Positions 62,729 to 64,000 of a DNA stretch of 64,000 bases are shown here, in pieces (the first letter of the stretch is position 1; the number at the start of each line of letters is the position of its first letter). The notes below the pieces were generated by a model. It searched no databases. It was not told where the DNA came from and worked only from the letters and a program-made list of their open reading frames with translations. The stretch is from Mobula hypostoma (lineage: Eukaryota): the NCBI RefSeq assembly GCF_963921235.1, contig NC_086107.1, forward strand, positions 93,994,001-94,058,000, written 5' to 3'. The position numbers were made by a program, and so were the translations under genes.

Positions 62729-63852
62729 AGAGTGTACATGTGTAGCTGTGTTGGCCCCCAAATAATGCAGTCCCCCCCCCCACCCTCCAACGATGTAGCC
62801 CTCCTCTGCCCCCGAGCAACGTGGCCCTCCTCTGCCCCGAACGACGCAGCCCCCACTCTGCCACCAAATGATGCAGCCCTCCCCCACTTCTCCAAGGGTG
62901 AAGATTCACTCACCGTCACTCTTCTTCTGCACCTTCTTCTTCTTCTTCAGTCTCTTCAACATGCCCCGAAGGTCAGTGATACCATACTGGAAGGCGATTT
63001 TCTCGTAGTCACACGGCTTGGCATTCTTCAGGATTTCCCAAACATCAACCTCTTCCTTTGAAGGAGCCTCAGTTTTGGCCTCTCTGGTTTAAAAGTGACA
63101 AAAGCTGGTGAAGTAAATCAGTCTCTCTCTCTCTCTCTCTACTTCCCTCCTTCCCTCTTTCTCTCTCTCTCCCCTTCCCTCCTTCTCTATCTCTCTCTCT
63201 CTACTTCCCTCCTTCCCTCTCTCTCCTTCCCTCCTTCCTTCTCTCTCCTTCCCTCCTTCCCTCTTTCTCTCTCTCTCCCCCCTTCCCTCCTTCTCTCTCC
63301 TTCTCTCTCCCTCTCATCACAAAAGACTGCAGACACTGGAATCTGGATCAACGAAAAACAAGATGAGGAACTTAGTGGGTCTGGCTGCATCTGTGGAAGG
63401 AAGTTCATTTTTCAGTCAATTGAGTTGAGGGATGTCAACCCAAAACATAGACTATTCTTTTTCCAGTCATTTTAAGAGAGAAGGTCCAATTACGAGTTGT
63501 TTCTCCTTAAGCTCCTCTTGTCTCTTTATCTGGCTCAGCATCGAAGTGCGTATAAGAATTCGATCACAGCACAGAGCCAAGCCCATTGGCCCAGGGCGTC
63601 TGTGCTGAACACGGTGAACACATTAACATCATGCTTTACAGCACCAGTGATCAGTAAAAGAACCCTTAGGGGAAAGTGATCATAATATGATCAAATTCTC
63701 CCTGAATGAGGACTGTGGTGGGTTAGTGGGTGGAGGTTTTGATCAGCCTTACTGCTTGGGGAAAGCACCTGTGTTTGTGACTACCTATCACCTACCTTTT
63801 CTTTAGAAGTCCACTGAAATCCAGCTCGCCTGCGTCCTCTTTGGTCTCTCCC
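448..63852 (-). CDS. MYBPC2: Myosin-binding protein C, probably fast-skeletal type; 22 coding exons (M-motif, Ig C2-C5, FN3 C6-C7, Ig C8, FN3 C9, Ig C10); 5' end outside window
   Basis: Manually spliced exons are all GT-AG and phase-consistent, totalling 2881 nt with an open frame ending VPQ*. MyBP-C identity is secure. The paralogue call rests on [38 protein letters not shown] and the absence of the cardiac C5 insertion. Confidence 0.8.
765..1663 (-). mobile_element. Non-autonomous LINE-derived element starting CAAGATGGCGCC
   Basis: Minus-strand start GTTCAAGATGGCGCCCG, GC-rich body, and TTTGAAC-type 3' tail near 770; boundaries approximate. Confidence 0.45.
2280..2712 (+). mobile_element. 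5'-truncated Rex1/L2-like LINE 3' end with (TAATC)n tail
   Basis: ORF2 C-terminal remnant [20 protein letters not shown]...[16 protein letters not shown]...SFFPEAV, then 3' UTR and (TAATC)x4. Confidence 0.7.
2778..3500 (-). mobile_element. V-SINE (HE1-like) interrupted by a 5'-truncated (TAATC)-tailed element at ~3001-3443 (+)
   Basis: V-domain complement tgtgggaggaaaccagagcacctggaggaaacccacgc; the SINE resumes after the insert. Further V-SINE copies at ~8343-8640, 19490-19750, 36030-36350, 36850-37100, 38160-38840, 41475-41760, 46735-47010, 48870-49135, 51085-51340, 61960-62255. Confidence 0.7.
3865..4575 (+). pseudogene. Frameshifted Tigger transposase (HTH_psq and CENP-B HTH retained, DDE domain deleted)
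   Basis: [20 protein letters not shown] / [11 protein letters not shown]...[10 protein letters not shown] / [35 protein letters not shown] across frameshifts, then a jump to C-terminal [12 protein letters not shown]. Confidence 0.85.
4867..5068 (+). mobile_element. tRNA-derived SINE with (TTC)n tail nested in the Tigger element
   Basis: A-box-like TGGCGCAATAA, B-box GTTCGAATCC, perfect 8-bp TSD GTTTTTAT at 4859-4866 and 5069-5076. Confidence 0.8.
5762..6348. mobile_element. Tc1/mariner-pogo type MITE
   Basis: TIRs CAGTGAATTCTAGTTAATT / AATTAACCAGAATCCACTG, flanked by TA. Confidence 0.75.
6442..6628 (-). CDS. MYBPC2: MyBP-C exon U (187 nt), Ig C10 second part: [62 protein letters not shown]
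   Basis: atgcag/gtacga boundaries; lies in ORF 6332..6634. Confidence 0.96.
6813..7546 (-). mobile_element. Tc1-like non-autonomous element interrupted by a LINE fragment (~6840-7215)
   Basis: TIR (C/T)ACTCAGTGGCCA...ACTGAGTG with TA TSD; minus strand encodes the Tc1 HTH remnant [12 protein letters not shown]. Confidence 0.7.
10203..10700. mobile_element. PIF/Harbinger-type MITE (498 bp)
   Basis: Perfect 24-bp TIR AGGCTGATTTATACTTCTGCGTCA; TAA TSD at 10200-10202 and 10701-10703. Confidence 0.9.
10800..10936 (-). CDS. MYBPC2: MyBP-C exon T (137 nt), Ig C10 first part: [46 protein letters not shown]
   Basis: gcacag/gtgagt boundaries; lies in ORF 10758..10970. Confidence 0.96.
11382..11701 (+). 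mobile_element. Full-length tRNA-derived SINE (CORE-like domain, RTE-type tail)
   Basis: A-box TGGCCAAGTGG, B-box GTTCGAGCC, gtgtccttgagcaaggcactta core; 18-bp TSD TTA(C/T)TATCTTGACTAATA at 11364-11381 and 11702-11719. Confidence 0.85.
12393..12552 (-). CDS. MYBPC2: MyBP-C exon S (160 nt), FN3 C9 second half: [53 protein letters not shown]
   Basis: gtttag/gtaagt boundaries; [16 protein letters not shown] signature. Confidence 0.96.
14124..14263 (-). CDS. MYBPC2: MyBP-C exon R (140 nt), FN3 C9 first half: [47 protein letters not shown]
   Basis: tttcag/gtgagt boundaries; DVWG.N and QKADKKTM signatures. Confidence 0.96.
14843..15215 (-). mobile_element. Penelope-like element 3' region / pseudo-LTR fragment
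   Basis: Same pyrimidine-rich body and CTGACGAAGGGTCTCGGCCCGAAA motif as the GIY-YIG-linked copy at 54160-54685. Confidence 0.7.
15598..15757 (+). mobile_element. Penelope-like pseudo-LTR fragment, inverted relative to 14843-14962
   Basis: 111/120 identity to the reverse complement of 14843-14962 by manual alignment. Confidence 0.75.
15620..15657 (+). ncRNA. Minimal type I hammerhead ribozyme motif (Penelope-associated)
   Basis: Stem I TAGTC/GACTG, core CTGACGA plus extra A, stem II GGGT-CTCG-GCCC, GAAA, palindromic ACGT stem III, GTC cleavage triplet (predicted cut after 15652). Confidence 0.7.
16320..16425 (-). mobile_element. Old L1/Tx1-like reverse transcriptase fragment
   Basis: Translates to [27 protein letters not shown], resembling the RT QGCPLSP motif. 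Confidence 0.6.
17500..18910. mobile_element. Cluster of CR1 LINE 3' fragments (17500-18060 minus; 18140-18910 plus)
   Basis: [12 protein letters not shown]...LERAQRRF...[25 protein letters not shown]1 ORF2 C-terminus. Similar pieces at ~15225-15580, 20830-21185, 25490-27100, 32280-34600, 40460-41170, 48430-48780, 49610-50170, 54830-55125, 55560-56170. Confidence 0.8.
20588..20783 (-). CDS. MYBPC2: MyBP-C exon Q (196 nt), Ig C8 second part: [65 protein letters not shown]
   Basis: ccccag/gtgagt boundaries; lies in ORF 20484..20804. Confidence 0.96.
23700..23780. mobile_element. 81-bp hAT (Charlie-like) mini-MITE inserted in a Penelope fragment (~23575-24165)
   Basis: CAGGGATTCCAA...TTGGGAAACCCTG termini, degenerate 8-bp TSD agttagag/aagtagag. 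Confidence 0.6.
24750..24830. repeat. (CA)n microsatellite
   Basis: Direct reading; perfect run ~24791-24830. Confidence 0.95.
25048..25136 (-). CDS. MYBPC2: MyBP-C exon P (89 nt), Ig C8 first part: [30 protein letters not shown]
   Basis: ctgtag/gtgggt boundaries; lies in ORF 24985..25215. Confidence 0.96.
27825..28515 (+). mobile_element. Full-length non-autonomous retroelement, GGAGAAGATGGCGGCG start and (TAATC)n tail
   Basis: Alignable end to end with the minus-strand copy at 53119-53802 and the truncated copy at 3001-3443. Confidence 0.8.
28914..29081 (-). CDS. MYBPC2: MyBP-C exon O (168 nt), FN3 C7 second half: [56 protein letters not shown]
   Basis: ctgcag/gtaagt boundaries; lies in ORF 28774..29097. 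Confidence 0.96.
29455..30105 (-). mobile_element. CR1-clade LINE ORF2 3' fragment (second family)
   Basis: [38 protein letters not shown] and [10 protein letters not shown] remnants. Confidence 0.7.
30224..30530 (+). mobile_element. RTE-related non-autonomous element fragment
   Basis: Shares cttccctccgcta.cctgcaggtcacc...aagtcctggttatg with 15900-16015; ends in an RTE-like caaaccacttctg motif. Confidence 0.5.
31400..31534 (-). CDS. MYBPC2: MyBP-C exon N (135 nt), FN3 C7 first half: [45 protein letters not shown]
   Basis: cttaag (AAG) acceptor, gtaagt donor; in phase. Confidence 0.95.
31707..32268. mobile_element. hAT-type MITE (562 bp) inserted in a CR1 tail
   Basis: Perfect 14-bp TIR TAGGGTTGCCAACT; perfect 8-bp TSD GCCCACAA at 31699-31706 and 32269-32276. 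Confidence 0.9.
32908..33353. mobile_element. hAT-type foldback element (446 bp, ~200-bp inverted arms) containing Tc1-derived sequence
   Basis: CAGGGGTGCAGTGCTAGC termini; 8-bp TSD CATTCTTG/CATTCCTG; arms 32908-33106 and 33153-33353. Confidence 0.85.
33860..34066. repeat. 52-bp tandem repeat x4 inside a CR1 fragment
   Basis: TAAGAACTTCTTAAATGTCC recurs at 33912, 33964 and 34016. Confidence 0.9.
34735..34923 (-). CDS. MYBPC2: MyBP-C exon M (189 nt), FN3 C6 second half: [62 protein letters not shown]
   Basis: ctgcag/gtgagt boundaries; RWMKLNF and MIEG..YEMRVFA signatures. Confidence 0.96.
35866..35970 (-). CDS. MYBPC2: MyBP-C exon L (105 nt), FN3 C6 first half: [36 protein letters not shown]
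   Basis: ttgcag/gtacag boundaries; FN3 W..P.YDGG motif. Confidence 0.96.
36387..36826 (+). mobile_element. Tc1/mariner-type composite MITE with hairpin termini, copy 1
   Basis: CAGTACTGTGCAAAA.TCTTAGGCAC hairpins at both ends; core shared with 51660-52170 and 57745-58260. Confidence 0.75.
37484..37643 (-). CDS. MYBPC2: MyBP-C exon K (160 nt), Ig C5 second half: [53 protein letters not shown]
   Basis: acccag/gtacgt boundaries; lies in ORF 37422..37691. Confidence 0.96.
38185..38605 (+). mobile_element. RTE-type bipartite non-autonomous element nested in a V-SINE
   Basis: RTE 5'-UTR-like ggtagggtcacccatgccaaacaggtc...gggctaacaaccctg followed by a 3' end ttgccctaaacgccagcggcg; interrupts a SINE head. 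Confidence 0.5.
43110..43240 (-). repeat. Tandem array of degenerate Penelope/hammerhead-derived units
   Basis: Four CTG(A/G)TGAA(G/A)GGT units on the minus strand in a ~67-bp dimer period. Confidence 0.6.
43253..43395 (-). CDS. MYBPC2: MyBP-C exon J (143 nt), Ig C5 first half: [48 protein letters not shown]
   Basis: acacag/gtaggt boundaries; EPPKIHLDC and [11 protein letters not shown] signatures. Confidence 0.96.
43490..44230. repeat. GA-rich low-complexity tract (CT-rich in the pre-mRNA)
   Basis: Direct reading; source of the spurious 279-aa and 249-aa ORFs. Confidence 0.9.
44390..44419 (-). CDS. MYBPC2: MyBP-C exon I (30-nt micro-exon), C4-C5 linker: [10 protein letters not shown]
   Basis: ttccag/gtaagg boundaries, symmetric phase 1-1, conserved linker sequence. 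Confidence 0.93.
44760..44937. repeat. 30-bp minisatellite x6 (TTCTCTCTATAACCTTACCTAACAATTCTT)
   Basis: Direct reading of the periodicity. Confidence 0.9.
45440..45865. repeat. 13-bp minisatellite (CATATACCCATTA)n split by a SINE
   Basis: Units at 45440-45499 and 45747-45865. Confidence 0.85.
45500..45746 (-). mobile_element. tRNA-derived SINE, same head as 4867-5068
   Basis: Minus strand GGCTGGTGGCACAGTGACATCAGCGCCGGACTCCGGAGCGAAGGTTCCCGAGTTCGAACC; poly(A) end. Confidence 0.8.
45926..46032 (-). CDS. MYBPC2: MyBP-C exon H (107 nt), Ig C4 second half: [35 protein letters not shown]
   Basis: ctccag/gtaggc boundaries; [13 protein letters not shown] is typical of the fast isoform. Confidence 0.96.
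47645..47810 (-). CDS. MYBPC2: MyBP-C exon G (166 nt), Ig C4 first half: [56 protein letters not shown]
   Basis: ctttag/gtaagt boundaries; lies in ORF 47641..47838. Confidence 0.96.
49150..49555. repeat. Degenerate ~66-bp tandem repeat, 6 units
   Basis: CTTGGGAGTGAGTTACAGGCTGGAATCTAA-like core at 49153, 49202, 49290, 49356, 49423 and 49489. Confidence 0.8.
50407..50573 (-). CDS. MYBPC2: MyBP-C exon F (167 nt), Ig C3 second half: [55 protein letters not shown]
   Basis: ttgtag/gtatgg boundaries; lies in ORF 50255..50629. Confidence 0.96.
50778..51520 (-). mobile_element. Tc1-like non-autonomous element with a nested V-SINE
   Basis: TA|CACTCAGTGGCCACTTTATT ... GCCACTAAGTG|TA; same family as 6813-7546. 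Confidence 0.75.
51660..52170 (+). mobile_element. Composite hairpin-ended MITE, copy 2
   Basis: Left hairpin arms 51660-51685 and 51701-51726; right hairpin partly deleted. Confidence 0.75.
53119..53802 (-). mobile_element. Full-length (TAATC)-tailed non-autonomous retroelement
   Basis: Reverse complement of the 27825-28515 family; TSD CA(C/T)AGATGAT at 53109-53118 and 53803-53812. Confidence 0.8.
53914..54019 (-). CDS. MYBPC2: MyBP-C exon E (106 nt), Ig C3 first half: [36 protein letters not shown]
   Basis: tctcag/gtaagg boundaries; lies in ORF 53910..54101. Confidence 0.96.
54160..54685 (+). mobile_element. Penelope-like element 3' end (GIY-YIG C-terminus plus pseudo-LTR)
   Basis: 54172-54255 reads [27 protein letters not shown], matching the GIY-YIG C-terminal E...I..L..L.P.G.N pattern, then a pyrimidine-rich UTR and a decayed hammerhead motif. 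Confidence 0.75.
57381..57505 (-). CDS. MYBPC2: MyBP-C exon D (125 nt), Ig C2 second half: [41 protein letters not shown]
   Basis: cgacag/gttagt boundaries, Ig DxxxYxC motif. Confidence 0.96.
57745..58260 (+). mobile_element. Composite hairpin-ended MITE, copy 3
   Basis: Right hairpin 58194-58260; core alignable with copies 1 and 2. Confidence 0.75.
59195..59346. repeat. 51-bp near-perfect tandem repeat x3
   Basis: TGAAGGCCGAGGTTATGTT(T/G)GGAACAAAATGGAAGGAGACAGGTTTAGGA starts at 59195, 59246 and 59297. Confidence 0.95.
59750..60175 (+). mobile_element. Solo LTR (426 bp) inserted in a LINE fragment
   Basis: TGTCAC...GTAACA termini, 5-bp TSD CATAG/CATGG; flanking LINE sequence is continuous across it; strand tentative. 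Confidence 0.75.
61237..61369 (-). CDS. MYBPC2: MyBP-C exon C (133 nt), Ig C2 first half: [44 protein letters not shown]
   Basis: atccag/gtacgt boundaries, in phase with neighbours. Confidence 0.96.
61574..61890 (+). mobile_element. tRNA-derived SINE, same head as 4867-5068, inserted in a CR1 fragment
   Basis: GGCTGGTGGCGCAACGACATCGGCGCCGGA head, poly(A) end, degenerate ~15-bp TSD AAG(G/A)AGG(T/C)GTATGGT. Confidence 0.8.
62678..62725. repeat. (TG)n microsatellite
   Basis: Direct reading. Confidence 0.95.
62914..63083 (-). CDS. MYBPC2: MyBP-C exon B (170 nt), M-motif tri-helix bundle: [56 protein letters not shown]
   Basis: aaccag acceptor, gtgagt donor; [21 protein letters not shown] signature; missed by the ORF track. 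Confidence 0.97.
63122..63315. repeat. CT-rich low-complexity tract
   Basis: Direct reading. Confidence 0.9.
63796..63852 (-). CDS. MYBPC2: MyBP-C exon A (57 nt), M-motif: [18 protein letters not shown](R)
   Basis: ttgcag acceptor, gtaggt donor; [14 protein letters not shown] is the skeletal MyBP-C M-motif. Confidence 0.95.
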
Positions 63853-64000
63853 CTGCAAGTGAAAGGAGCAAAGGTTCAGCCAACAGTCTACATCATCCCT
63901 GACGCAACGGAATGTGGAAATCTGGAGCAGCGCGCACAAAACGCTGGCGGAACTCAGCAGGTCAGGCAGAGGCAGAATCAGGTTTACTATCACTGGCGTG

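Noticed and set aside
63494..63529. Possible 36-nt extra M-motif exon (cag...gtaatt)
   Set aside because: Spliced to exon A it gives AGA TAA, an immediate stop, and the acceptor lacks a pyrimidine tract

Overview
Eukaryotic vertebrate genomic DNA. The repeat landscape (CR1/HER1-type tails, V-SINEs, Penelope fragments) suggests a cartilaginous fish, probably a batoid ray (inference). Almost the whole window is one minus-strand gene encoding a myosin-binding protein C, most likely the fast-skeletal paralogue MYBPC2. I reconstructed 22 coding exons from the M-motif through domains C2-C10 to the stop (..VPQ*). All introns are GT-AG, phases are consistent, and the exons give 2881 coding nt with no internal stop. 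The 5' exons lie beyond the right edge and a 3'-UTR exon probably lies beyond the left edge. The introns are packed with transposon remnants: CR1, Rex1/L2-like, RTE and Tx1 LINE pieces, several SINE families, Penelope-like elements, a solo LTR, and Tigger, Tc1, hAT and Harbinger elements. Most ORFs in the supplied track are spurious. The most notable signals are (1) a structurally intact minimal hammerhead-ribozyme motif in a Penelope repeat, whose sense-strand sibling is mutated at the cleavage site; (2) a hAT foldback element built from a captured Tc1 fragment; (3) a ~48-bp cassette shared by a Harbinger MITE and a hAT MITE; (4) a composite element whose termini are themselves hairpins; (5) a SINE family with swapped tails; and (6) a Tigger4-like transposon that looks very similar to the mammalian element. 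I found no CRISPR array or prokaryote-type system. Family assignments come from motif recognition, not database searches.
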